This document shows, one piece after another, positions 43,829-57,346 of a stretch of 64,000 bases of DNA. Every line of letters begins with the position of its first letter. Position 1 is the first letter of the stretch. The notes under the pieces are model-generated. The model did no database searches. It saw only the letters and a list, made by a program, of their open reading frames with translations, and was not told where the DNA came from. The position numbers and the translations under genes are program-made. The stretch covers positions 108,004,001 through 108,068,000 of the forward strand of contig OX597820.1 in NCBI GenBank assembly GCA_951406725.2, in the 5' to 3' direction. Source of the DNA: Octopus vulgaris. Its lineage: Eukaryota.

Positions 43829-44217
43829 TCAATGGAGTATTTTTGATCATTTTTTCAATCCTAGTAAGTGGCCCAGCTAGAAGTCAGTCGATGGGCATAG
43901 GCTTACCAATAGGTTCAGCAATTTCCTGAACTGTTACCTGGGCTAGGTGTTTGTTGTATCTGACAGCAGGCTTCCACTAAAAAATCATTTCCACTTGTAC
44001 CTTCTAATAAACATAAAATGTGGCACTCTGCAAAGGAAGGTGCAGTAGGAAGCATTTTATCAAGATACTGTGTCACTCCCAGGCTAAAAACCTGGTCGAA
44101 ATTCTCACAAGTGCACATCACTGTGGCACTAAAGGCCAGCTAGTGGTGTTAAAGTGACAATGAAGATCTACTACATACAGAATTGTTTGAATCAATATCA
44201 GTAGAAATATACTTGTG

Positions 44218-44495
44218 AAGGTACATGGTTCAGTGGTTAGACTGTCAGGTTCACTATCATGAGGTAGTGAGTTCGATTCCCAGACTAGGTTGTGTGTTGT
44301 GCTCTTGAGTAAGACACTTTATTTCACATTGCTCCAGTTCACTCAGCAGTAGAAATGAGTTGTGATGTCACTGGTGGCAAGCTGTATTGGCCTTTACCTT
44401 TCCCTTGGATAACATTGGTGGTGTGGGGAGGAGAGGAGGCTGGTATGCATGGGCAACTGCTGGTCTTCAATAAACAATCTTACCTGGACTTGTTC
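44218..44495 (+). mobile_element. Second-family tRNA-derived SINE
   Basis: A-box tggttcagtgg, B-box gagttcgattccc, followed by cttgagtaagacacttt...ctccagttcactcagc. Confidence 0.65.
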
Positions 44496-45339
44496 CCAAT
44501 CGTGATCAAACAGGGTGGGGTCTTTACTTTACAATTGTATCACACTACTTCTATTTGGGGACAACAACACACAACTAAAACCTTCAAAGGCCACACAATC
44601 ATAGATTAACTTTCCTGGTGATTTCATACACAGCAAAAACTGCATCCCTAAGACAGGTCTTCCCCTTCAAGACCAGAAAATATTTCAGCCTACAACTGCT
44701 AACTCTCTACAAAGTTCACCAAGTGAAGATGTAACATATCTTGATTGCTTCAATGTATTCCATGAGCTAAACCACTGCATGACACAGTGTACCATACAGT
44801 AGCTACAAGACCAGATTAAAGTATGACACTTCTAAATGAATGCCCATTCTCAACATCACAAACACTGGCCTTCTTTAGAAAATACTTCAGCTCCCAACAG
44901 CTGCTAACTGTCTATAGGGATCAAGTAAAACCAATAATGGAATGTTGCTTCTGTACCTGGGTTAATGCTACTGCAAATACAGACATCCAAGACTACATCT
45001 TGAAATGGTCACATGACTATCATGGAGTTACTCTCCAGTACACTCTGTTATTTGGCCCTTGCATTTTCTCATTTACTGTTACTAAAGTGAGCTCAAATCC
45101 TTGGAGCAGGCTGATATCCAATTCACTTGCCTTTCCTTCTTTCATCACCCATATTATGTTCTCCTTGTCATTATAACCAATCCTTCTTTATTAGAATATC
45201 AACCCTCTGGAAATTCCCTTCCAGCTCATGCTTTGCCTACAATTTTCAGTAGTTTAAGAGGAACATCAACTACATCAATGCCCACCCCTCTCAGAGGACA
45301 AACACCATGGGCACAGCACTTGGAGAAGTGCACATATTC

Positions 45340-45470
45340 ATTTATTCTTTTACTTGTTTCAGTCATTTGACTGCAGCCATGCTGGAGTACCACTTGAAAG
45401 GTTTTTAGTCAAACAACTCGACCACAGGACTTATTTTTTCAACCTGGTACTTATTCTATCAGTTTTTTTT
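45340..45470 (-). mobile_element. SINE 3' tail fragment
   Basis: tacttgtttcagtcatttgactgcagccatgctggagtacc. Confidence 0.75.
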
Positions 45471-45516
45471 TGTAATTGCGAAGCATGCTTCCTACCTCAT
45501 AGTCACGCCGGCCCCT

Positions 45517-45865
45517 ACGTGTATGTGTAAGTACCAACAAAGAAATGAGTGTAAGCACCAACAGAGAAATGCGTGTGTGTGTGTGCGTGTGTTACTAACA
45601 GTAGAGGAGAGTGTATCTCAACAGACGTATGCGTGTGTTTGCATTGACAAAAGATGTGCGTGTATGTATGTGACTGCGTTACAAGCAGGGTGTGTAACTG
45701 CACCAGTAAAGAAGCGTGTATGAGTGTGTGCCTGTGTCAATACAGGTGTGTGCACGTGTAAATAGAGAATTTGTGCCTGTCAATAGAGACTGCGCGCGAG
45801 AGTGAGAGTATCGTTAGAGAATGTGCGTGTATTTCAGTGTCAATAGACACGCGTGTTTGTGACTG
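45517..45865. repeat. Degenerate minisatellite (caa(c/t)agagaa..tgcgtgtg units)
   Basis: Repeated gtcaatagag/a...tgcgtgtg motifs. Confidence 0.55.
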
Positions 45866-46917
45866 CATCAAAGGTGTAGTATACAGCGATGTAATGAATG
45901 GAAACAACTAACCAATGATTTTTTAGTGATAGTCATACACCTAAATGAATTATTATAATCATCGCTTATTTTCAAATTATACAACATATAATATAAATAA
46001 TATAAAATATTGCTGCAATAAAATTTTTTTATCCTGTCATAAATGGAACAATTTGAAAAGCCAAATTTTAGTGAAACTTCGAAGTCATTGTCAACCATAT
46101 TAAGATAATTTTTGGCTATGTTTGTATTGAGTCGCTTGTTTTTAGCATATAATGTCTTCAAGAACGCTTTATACACGTGTGTATGTGTGTGAATATGTGT
46201 TTGATGAACATCGATAGGAATCGAACTGTCGTTTACGATGTCTCTTACGTCTTAGCGATAATAATAAAGAGAAAATTTTCAATTGCTTAAAACAGACATT
46301 AGGGCTTTATTGAAGTGAAGTTTGCATGTCGATTAAATCCACCTCAGTATCACACACATTTTGTCACAGGAAATAAGCAGAATATGTAAAAGTCAATATC
46401 CGACATCGTTCGAATATATTTACATCTTGAATGCAAGAACAGGGTTTAGACGATATGATCGAACCTAGTATAGTTGATGACACTTATTTTATCGACCCTA
46501 GATTGCCTAAAAGACAATGTCAGTCGACGGCTGTGCAATTTGAAACCAAAACATCAAGTTACGAATTACAAGATACCTGAAAGCCTTAAGTCAATCGTCT
46601 TTATAATGAGACCTTACATAATAATTAAGATATTCTAATAGAACATAAAGCCAAACATTGAATATTGGTTGGAGGAGGAGGGATATAATCGATGCCAGCA
46701 CTTGACTGGTTATAATAACGGGAATTGTTTTTACTTATGCATGAATCTTGTGATTAATTAGGAGATATGTGAAGATAAGGTTTTCAGAAAAATTAGACGA
46801 TAAATCAAAAAAAAAAAATCAAGAAGTGGGATCATGTCTTGTTTGAAGTCAGTATTTATTGTACAGGATGAAAATGCACGAGAGAAAAACAGCCTGCGCA
46901 TTTAATAAATTCAGTTA

Positions 46918-46978
<61 letters not shown>

Positions 46979-47828
46979 CTACTCCTCAACTTAGAAGCAA
47001 TCACAGCAGCCTCTTAACAGAATATCAAAATATCAACATTTGGTTTTGTCTTTATTACATATTATACGACTCCATTCCATAACAATCTAGCCTGTCCTTG
47101 CTTCGATTACAGTTAATATAACAAGAATTTTGGAGTGGGATGTTTTACCGGACCCGAATAAAAAAAATCTGCTAAAGCGTATCGCATCAAAGCACACACC
47201 TATATATATAAATACACACACACACGCATATATATATTTGTCATTTACAATTGCTACGACATGCTATAATTACAGAGAGGGAAAGTGAGAGAGAGAGAAT
47301 GGCTGAAATCGTGTGGTTGGTTGATTTATTCTTGTTATTTTACATAAGACTATTTGTATCTTTAACGCCATACACAAAGAGATTCTTTTGAAGTTTTTCA
47401 ATCGCTTTCTTCGCAGCTGATGATGCATTTAGTCAATTAAGCATGTCTCTGTCTTCTTTCTCTTTTTAAAGTCTCGCCGGGGTCGCCTTTGCCTTACCAA
47501 CCCACCTCAGTCATCAATGACATATGTATCAGTCAAGTATTAGGTTAGCATCGATTAAATATCATATACTCCCTCCTCCCAAAATCGTGGCCGTGTGCCA
47601 ATGTAAGAAATCATTGCCAAATTTCAGGCCTTGTAACTATGTTAGAAATTATTATTATTATTATTATTATTAAAGCGACGTTACATAACAGCTGATTGGA
47701 AGATTTGTTCACACAGCAAACTGTTTTTAAAAGAAAATCAACAATAGTAAATAATAATAATAAAATTACAACTTGGGGGGAAAATTCTCAAAATAATTTA
47801 AATGTCTCATTTTCCCCACTTCACTTAC

Positions 47829-48000
47829 CAGCTCATTTTCCGACTGGGTTTGGTTTAGAATATTATTTATAAAATTATTATTGTTTTACAAAATGAATCC
47901 AATCCTGTTGAGTCGTCATTGAGTGCCACTATAAATTGTTCAGTGATGGCTTCTTACAGCGGTGTTGAGCGAAAAATGTCCCGCCAACATTACTTCCTCC
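47829..48000 (-). promoter_or_regulatory. Candidate non-coding first exon and promoter of the zyg11 gene
   Basis: Strong donor CTG|GTAAGTG at 47829/47828 on the minus strand. GC-box (cccgcc) and ETS-like acttcc motifs at ~47980-47998. Lies in a visibly CpG-retaining zone (~45.5-48.4 kb), whereas 34.7-45.4 kb is CpG-poor. Confidence 0.45.
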
Positions 48001-49437
48001 TTAACAACCACTACGCAATAAGCAGCTATTATGCAGCACACATATGCAATCTCACTCACCTATATGTACGCATGTATATACATATATAACAAAAACATTA
48101 TAGACAATACACACACACACATAAATATATGTAATAAAAGCAGCAAAAAGATATATTAGATACACAGATATAGATGTATCCAGCTATATATGTATACGAT
48201 GTTTTATTAATTTTTTTTTTGTTTTACTATTTTTCAACATAATTAGAAACCGAATTTAACAAACAAAACATACGTAAAAAATTATTATTCTTTCACATTA
48301 TATATTGCGAATTCTGATAGTATAATATCGGAAATTATGGGACAGGATATAATCGTTTTAACAATTTTAGAACGTTGTTCGTACTTCACTTTATCGACCT
48401 TGAATGAATGCAAAGTAGAATTTTAATTCATTCCATATAATGAATTCGCGAATTCTATACAAATGCCAGCTTGATGCCTGACACGAATAAAACCACCACA
48501 AGCAATGTGAAAAGGGTTTGGGGATTAATATAATAATAATAATGAAATTATTGTATACAGTGCTCAGGTGCACCACAACAAGGGACATGTTTGGATCTTG
48601 AAGGATCCAGCTGAAAAATATATTGCACTCTCTATCCAATGCCAGAACAACCAGCAATAAGCCAGTAAGTTTGTCCTGGGAGACATGAGGTGGGAGTAAT
48701 AAGAATGCATGCCCCAAGACCACAAATTGAGTCCAGAAGGAAATAACCATAAGTGATTGGAAATTGGAATGTCGCAACGCTTATGGGTAAGGAGCGAAAA
48801 GCTAGTGGAGAAGGCCAAATACTACCAGCTACATATAACTGGTGTTTCCTCTAGAAGGTTCTGTGGCTCTAGCACCATAGATTTGGATGGAGAGTGGAAA
48901 TTCTACTATTCAGATGTGGTGCCAACTATATTTGCACTGGCAAGAGCGTTTACCACCAGAAGCTTAGGTTGAAAGAAGGTCCCGTGCAGCTATTGCAAGT
49001 ACATGTACCAAGCAGTAAGGCCTGCAGCTAAGACTGAGTCATTTGTCCTATGCGATAAAGCACATTTTGGCACTGATTACCAGTCAAGAAAAGGAGTGAT
49101 TGGGCAGAATGACCACCCTGAACTCAATGTGTAATAATTTATATATAGCAAATGAATGAAAGAAACAGATACTCTTTGGCTTGGTACCAAGTGACTGGCT
49201 GTTAGATGTAGATGTCACTTGTACTTGAGCTGATAGGCTAACTGTTGTTTCTAGCATTGGAGGTCAACCATTGTACACAGAAGAAAAATGACAAAATCTA
49301 TTAAGTTTTGTACAAAGAAACTTTATTCATGTGGAAAGTGTTTGGATGTTATTGTGTTCAGTGTAAATGAAATAGTGTAGCAGAGCTTAGTGAAATTCAT
49401 TCTCTCTCTCTGACATATATAACACAAATACAGATGT

Positions 49438-50527
49438 TGTAGACAACAGTTAACCATTGGCTGCTTTGGTACAATTGTATCCACTACTCTGATTGGTTGG
49501 TTTTGGTGCAGTTTGTCTCTTACTTTATTTCGCGCCATTGTGCAACCCAACCAATAGCAACCTTTTGATAAGGTCCCGTGACACTGTTTTTCTAAAGCTC
49601 TGTTTGAGCCAATAATTTGCTATAAAACACAGCGATTCATTGAATCGCGTGTCTTTGGTTCTAGTCCTTCTACGGACTAACCTCTGACCACAGAGCATCC
49701 AGAGACACACAGCCAGGTTCCAACAACTCAGCCATGCTCCAGCAACAAACAACACTAGCAGCATTTCAGGACCTTCTCCACCGTCACCTTCATCTTAACG
49801 TTGCCTTCACCTTAACGTCGCCTCCACCACCACCACCTTCAGTTTATTGACACCACCAACATCAATACATACATGGCAACTTACTCAGGTCTAACTTCAC
49901 GCTGTTTTGTAAATATTTCACCATGGTTATCAGCAAGTCTACCTGTGAGAACCTTCTGTACCAAGTAACCTGGCACAGCATAGAAGCCACAACCTCTACA
50001 CATGTAGTAACCGGTTCTGCCTTGTGACCTCAACCTCTTGTACAGAATTCCAACTATTGTGTAATTTACTATGAACTGGTATCTTTCTTCATTGTGTCTG
50101 AACTTCTAACGTCCTGTTATAGACTTTCTATTGCTCTGTATTTTATCTCACACACATACACCTTGTTTGTACACGCACACACATTATTGCATGCTTGACG
50201 GCCTGTCTTATTGTTCTTATTATATATGTACTTATGTCGAATACACAGACACACTCTGCTAGCACACACACACATTATTGTATGCATGACGGCCTGTCTA
50301 TTATTATTATCATTATGTACGTACTTATGTTGCACTCACAGACATACACTCTGCTAACATCTAAATAAAACTTTTCTCTTAAACATACTACGGTTGTGTT
50401 ATCTCCTTATTCCTTCTTGGCACTTGTATTCATTTATCCATATTTTGGCTTTTATTGTAAGGCGACCATGCAGTGCTTAAAAGAGTCATTCATTTGTCAC
50501 ATCTCCTTTTCGCACAGTCGTTCTACA
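49438..50527 (+). mobile_element. Candidate solo LTR
   Basis: TGTAGA...TCTACA termini, tataaaa at 49621, aataaa at ~50364, internal tandem duplication. No exact TSD. Confidence 0.4.
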
Positions 50528-51048
50528 ATAGTATTACAATAAATGTTGAGAGAGTTTGGATGTTATTGAAATAGTATTAGAAAAATTACTGCTAGTCATT
50601 GTGTTTCTGCTGGTAGTTTGTTATAATATTTGCTTGATTAATCACTGCCTGTGTTCTGTTTGCCTTGTCATTCATACTCTTTCTGTTACATCCCAAAGGT
50701 CTCTTGGCCTTGGTTGCATATGTGTGTCATTTTATACCTATTGATGGACTCAGAAAGGAGCATGCCAAAAGTTGGGATTAGTCACTGGAGCCTATTCCCC
50801 ATGAAGTTATGACTAGCCAGATTTTATTGATTACGTGGGTAATATTCTTTCCAAGCAAAATCATGATTGGTCAGATTCATTGATTATGTGGGCAACATTC
50901 CAGTGAATCACGACATTGATGATTGATGAATATTCTGCTACATGACCAAAGAAATAGAACTGAATTTGGGTACTGTATTTGTACTTGTTGCAAAGGATGG
51001 AGGTTGGAGAACAATGGAAAATAATGTGTTTATCTCTCTCAAACTGTA

Positions 51049-51262
51049 CAAGGGGGTGCTGAAAAGTTCCTGGCTTTGGATAAACAAATTCACCGGAGAA
51101 GCAGTTAATTATGATTTTATTCAACATTCCCTTCTCAGATTCAACATTTACTGCAGCAGTCCTTCAGTTTTTCTAAGCCCTGTAAAAGAACTTGGAAGGT
51201 TGCGCCTCCAACCAGGCCTTTTGTGATACTTTTAAAGCCAGGAACTTTTCAACACCCCTTCA
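51049..51262. mobile_element. Tc1/mariner-type MITE
   Basis: ~29-bp TIRs (caagggggtgctgaaaagttcctggcttt / aaagccaggaacttttcaacaccccttca) flanked by TA on both sides. Confidence 0.85.
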
Positions 51263-51848
51263 TATTTAACCCGAGAATGTTAACTTAAACAAAAGAGTTT
51301 AACTAAGTGTCATAGTTGATTCTCATGAATTTCAAAGTGCAAAAGCTGAGATCAATAGCAAAGGAACTAAAATAAAAGTGTAGATTCAGTTTCAAATCCT
51401 GGCTTAGAATCTAGGAAGCTATTCATTACAGATGAAAATGAAAAGGCTTCACTAGACTTCTGTGTTGGAAATGGGCTCTCTATGGTGGTCACGGTCTTTC
51501 AATACAAGGATACCCAAAAGTTTACTGGATATAGGGATACTTTAGGACAGAGGTCACAGACAAATTTTGATATCATCTCTTTGATGTGTGCTGGACATTC
51601 AGGTAAAGAGAAGGCTGGAGCTGTCAATTGATCACCACCTAACTGTCTGCAACCAGAGACAATCTACAGCAGGGAGAATTCACTAAACTGGAAAGTACAA
51701 TTTACAGGATAAAATGGTGGATAACGGTGGATCAGAAACAAATATGCAGACATTATTGAATCAAAATTTAGAGACTTTCCAAAACAAACTGAGGATGTCA
51801 AAACAGAATGGAGATTGTTTTATTTGGCTGTTTTCTTAAGCTGTGCAA

Positions 51849-54800
51849 TTCATCAGCATCGTTTAATGTCCGCTTTCCATGCTAGCATGGGTTGGACAAT
51901 TTGACTGAGGTCTAGCGAAGTAGATGGCTGCACCAGACTCCAATCTGATTTGGCAGAGTTTCTACAGCTGGATGCCCTTCCTAACGCCAACCACTCCGAG
52001 AATGTAGTGGGTGCTTTTATGTGCCGGTCATGTGGTGCTTTTTTGTACCACCTGCACAGGAGCCACTCTTGTGGCACTGGCAACGACCTCACTCGAATGT
52101 TTTTTCACATGCCACCAGCACAAGTGCCAGTAAGGCAATGCAGGTAACGATCACACTCGAATGGTGCTTTTTACGTGCTACAAGCACTGCTCTGCCAGTG
52201 ATCACGCTCGTATGGTACTCTTAGTGCTCCGCTAGCACGGATACTGGTCATCAAATTTGATTTCGATTTCGATTTCACTTGCCTCAACAAGTCTTCGCAA
52301 GAAGAGTTTAGTGTTCAATGAAGGAAAGGTACACATAAGTGGGCTTGTTACACCCCTGGCATAGGCCATGAGGTTATGGTCTCATTTGGGCTTGCCGAAT
52401 CTTCTCAAGCACAGCATATTTCCAAAGGTCCCGGTCACTAGTCATTGCCTTGGTGAGGCCCAATGTTCGAAGGTCATGCTTCACCACCTCATCTTAGGTC
52501 TTCCTGGGTCTACCTCTTCCACAGGGTGTGACACTTTTTTACACAGCTATCCACATCCATTCTCGCCACATGGCCATACCAGCGCAGTCGTCTCTCTTGC
52601 ACACCACATCTGATGCTTCTTAGGTCCAACCTTTCTCTCAGGGCACTAACACCCTGTCGAGTATGCACACTGACATTACACATCCATCGGAGCATACTGG
52701 CTTCATTCCTTGCGAGCTTACACATGTCCTCATCAGTCACAGCCCATGTTTCACTGCCATGTAGCATGGTTGTTCTTACACATGCGTCATACAGTCTACC
52801 TTCTACTCTGAGCGAGAGGCCCTTTGTCACCAGCAGAGGTAGAGCTCTCTGAACTTTGCCCAAGCTATTCTTATTCTAGCAGCTACACTTTCAGCGCACC
52901 ATCCCCTGCTACTGACTTGGTCACCTAGGTAATGGAAGCTATCAACTACTTCTAGTTTTTCTCCCTGGAATGTAACAGAAGCTGTTCTCTGCACATTTTC
53001 AGTGTTTATAGCACCTGAGCATTTGCCACATAGAAAAACTATCTTCCCAGTTAGCCTTCCTTTGATATTGCTGCACCTCTTATGTGTCCATAACTTACAC
53101 TGGGTACATCTTATGGAGTTTCTACCCATGCCTTTTCTACAGATCAAGCAGAGCCATCTACCTGAGAGGATTTGTAGTTTGTCTGCCTTCTTACTAATTA
53201 AGACTTTGGTTTTAGCTAGGTTGATTCTAAGGCCCTTTGATTCTAATCCTTGCTTCCACACCTGAAACTTCTCCTCTAGTTCTGATAGTGACTAAGCAAT
53301 TAGAGCAAGGTCATCAGCATAAAGGAGCTCCCATGGGCATCCTGTCTTTAATTCCTCTGTTATTGCCTGGAGGACTATGATGAATAAGAGGGGGCTGAGG
53401 ACGGATCCTTGGTGGACTCCTACCCCTACACAAAGTTCTTCACTGTACTCGTTGCCAACCCTCACCTTACTGACAGCATCCCTGTACATGGCTTGCACAG
53501 CTCTCACTAACCATTCATCTATCCCTAGTTTCCTCATTGACCACCAGATAAGGGATTGGGAAACTGTGTCAAAGGCTTTCTCCATGTCAACGAAAGCCAG
53601 GTTCAGAGGTTTATCTTTGGCTTGGTATTTCTCTTGCAGCTGTCTTACCCGAAATATGGCATCAGTGGTACTTTTCTCTGGCACGAACCCAAACTGCATC
53701 TCATCTAGACTGACTCTCTCCCTAATTAGTTGGGCTATGACCCTCTCTGTAACCTTCATTACTTGATCCAACAACTTGATACCTCTGTAATTCATTTGTA
53801 TCTAAAGTGACACCTTTACCTTTGTAGCAGTTGACTATGGTGCTCCTACACCAGTCATTGGGTATGACTCCTTCCTGTATCACCTGTTTAACTTATACGG
53901 GTGACTAGACTATAGCCGACACTGCCAGATATTTTGAGCATCTCTGCAGTGATTCCTGATGGGTGGGCTTCCCCTGTCTTCATACCTTTTATTGCTTTAT
54001 CTACCAAGGTACTGTCAATTCAGATACCTGATCCCTCTGTTGGGATGACATTTGGCAAACTTTCTTTCTCCCATTCATTTTCTTTATTTATTTTCATAGT
54101 GGCATCTCCAAACCTCTCTCTTTGTAGCCTCGTTTAATGCAAGTGAACCATCATCCATGCGGACACATTTCTTTCCTACAACATCACGATTCTCTCTCAC
54201 ACACTGTCTTGCAGCATGAAATACCTCAAGTCTTTGGTCCTCACGGTGCAGAACATTGGCAAATTTTTCCTTATCTGCTTCCTCTCTGGCTAAATAAACC
54301 TGTCTCCTAGCTTCCCTTTTGGCAGTCTGATACACTTTCTTGCTACCACTATTCTTCCAGTCCTTCCAAGCCCGTTTCTTTTCTCTAATAGACCTGTCAA
54401 CAACATTGTTCCACCACCACCACATTACCTTGGTCGAGAGGGGGCTTTGCACTATCCACAGATCTGGTCAGTGGCTCTCAGCAGGTTGTCCGGAAGAAAC
54501 CTCCAGTTGCCTTTTACATTGTGTGATGCTATATCCTTTCTACTTCGTCAAAGGTTTTGAGTAATACGTCTCTAAATCTCTGTCCAATCGCAGGATCTTT
54601 AAACTTCCAGACCCTTCTCTTCCATGCGGGTCGTCTTCTGGGCGTCCATTTAGCCCTGATCCTGAAGTCGCTAACTACTAGTCTATATTGTGGGGTACAT
54701 TCTTTGCCTGGGAAGCTTTTGGCATTTATAATCAGCCCTCTTTCCCTTTTTCTGGCGAGGATGTAGTCAATTTGGCTAGTATGTCTGCCAGAACGGTAGG

Positions 54801-55445
54801 TGGCTAGGTGACTGGCAGGTTTCCTGAAGTTAGTATTGCAAACCATAAGATCATTTGCATTGCAGAACTCCAACAGCCTGGTTCCCTCCTCATTGCGGGA
54901 ACCAAAACCATAGCCTCCATGTATGCCATGGAAGCCCCCAGCATGTTGTCCAACATGTCCATTGAAGTCACCAGCCACAAAGAGAAGGTCCCTGTCATTT
55001 GTCAACGAGGTAGTCTGCAAGAGGGTGTCATAAAATCAGTCTTTCTGTCCATCAGGTAGCACCGGCTGAGGGATATAGGTTGAGATAATGGTTGTTAACC
55101 TGTGATGTAGCACTAATCTAATCTTAAGTATTCTACTGCATACTCTGACTACCTCAATTACCTTATCAACCCATTTCTCTGCAAGAAGTATACCCACGCC
55201 CCCGACGCCATCAGTGTTCCCTGCCCAGAAAATCTTGTACCTGTGTGCTTTGCCTATGAGGAACCTTGTGGAACCTGCTCTCCACCTTACTTCTTGGAGG
55301 CAGCACAAATTTACACGTCTCTATTCAAGCATCTCAACAATCTCACCAGACCTACCTTTCAGTTGTGCCCACATTGAGTGTGCCAACTCTGAGGGTGTGG
55401 GCCCATGAGACCCTGGGATGAGAGACAGCAGCATCATGTACCTGC
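51849..55445 (-). mobile_element. Near full-length RTE LINE, fragmented ORF
   Basis: ORFs 55036-55308, 54529-55020 (GDFNGHVG, QIDYIL), 54084-54452, 53292-53795 (YADD), 52827-53261, 52510-52863; RTE tail at 51849. Confidence 0.92.
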
Positions 55446-55723
55446 AAAGAACGCTCACATTTAGCAGAATTCATAAACAAACAATCACCTTCAACCTGCA
55501 TACACTACACCATCATATTTATGCACTATATGATCACTACCTTACATAGGAGATATACCCTAAGTAGGGGTGGGAATGGCATAAAGAAGTGTTTAGAAGT
55601 GTTCATGGGAGACAACCAAAGGATGACAGAGGATAGGGTCATTCGGCACAGGTGGATAGGGACTTCCGGAACAAGTGGAGTGGGGGGAGGGCGGGCGTAC
55701 CATGAGAGAGCAAAATTATATGA

Positions 55724-55883
55724 GAGCATCTTCTGGATTTGTATTCTTTTGGGGGGAGTTATTAAAATGGAGTAGGGAAATTTGAGTGCATGCACTAGTT
55801 TATTTAGGGTGGTGTGGTGGAGGAGGAAGAAGTGTTGGCGAAGCAAGTGGTAATTGAAACAGAGAGAGAGAGACAGACAGAGT

Positions 55884-55972
<89 letters not shown>

Positions 55973-56520
55973 CCAGAGTTAGGGTGGTCAGGAATAGAAC
56001 ACGAGGGAGAAAAATATTCTTTTGGGATTTTGAGTAACATAATTTAATGAAACAGCAAATGCTGATAATAGTGAAATAGAATTGAAAAATCTTAGAATTT
56101 TTGGTCAGCCAATCTGTGACAAAATTAGAGAAATAAGTGACGATGAGACAAACTTGAATAAATGAATAGGTGACGAATAGCAAGTAGGTATGGAGGAACT
56201 TAATTTTGTTTTAAGACAGCAGCGAGGAAGACGAAACTATGTTTACATGGTAATGAAATAGATAGAATAAGGAAAAGAACTAATAAGGGGTTTATGATCT
56301 GCACAGAAATAGAGTAGATGTATGAGGTTGAAAAGACAAAACTTCTTATCTGAGCATCTTCTGGGTTCGTATTCTTTTGGTAGAGTTATTAAAATTGAGT
56401 AGGGGAATTCGAGTGCATGTGTTAGTTTATGTAGGGTGGGGTGGTGGTGAAGGAGGGGGAAGTGTTGGTAAAGCAAGTGGTAATCGAAACAGGGAGAGAG
56501 TGAGGCAGAGAGAGAGGGAG
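55724..56520. repeat. Diverged ~165-bp direct repeat (55724-55890, 56352-56520), each copy followed by a microsatellite
   Basis: gagcatcttctgg.tt.gtattcttttgg...aagcaagtggtaat.gaaacag in both copies. Confidence 0.7.
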
Positions 56521-56631
56521 CCATACATACATGCATGCATGCATGCATGCATGCATGCATGCATGCATACATACGTACGTACGTACGTACGTACATACAT
56601 ACATACATACATACATACATACATACATACA

Positions 56632-56667
<36 letters not shown>

Positions 56668-56786
56668 TATAGGGTAAAAAATTATTAATTTATAATTAAT
56701 AAATTTCACCAAATAGTTTTGGTATGGAAAGGAACCGTATTCGGTAAAAACTTATACAAGAAATTTTATGTATAATTATATATTAT

Positions 56787-56829
<43 letters not shown>

Positions 56830-56882
56830 TAGTGAAGGGAAGAAATGGAGCTGAACGAAGATTCTACAGAATTCCTTTTATT

Positions 56883-56968
56883 ATTTTCTACACATGTTTC
56901 AAAGGCCGCAAATTTCTAAATTCGGATTGAATAAGGAGACCATTTTGCAGCTTTCTCTTCAGGAAAAT
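56883..56968 (-). ncRNA. Type-I hammerhead ribozyme (19331 family) in pseudo-LTR fragment 56831-57035
   Basis: Minus strand: attttc CTGAAGA gaaagctgcaaa...tttgcggccttt GAAAC ATGT GTA^ gaaaat. Confidence 0.75.
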
Positions 56969-57287
56969 CCAGGAATTTAAATCTCCAAACAAATGCGCAG
57001 CAAGCAATTCGAACAAAACGCTCCCTAGGAGCCCATGTATATATATATATATATATATATAAAAATGATTCATTTTCTTTTGTCACACATTTTTTGCATA
57101 TATATATATGCACATGTGTGTGTTTATAGACACATATAGATATGTATGTGAATGTATACATACATATATATATATATATATATGTGCACAAATATGTGCG
57201 TATATACACACATATAGATATGTATATGAATGTATATGTACATACCCAAACACATACGTACATACGTATATATATATATATACATAC

Positions 57288-57320
<33 letters not shown>

Positions 57321-57346
57321 AAGACACATGTGAGTGTATATATATT

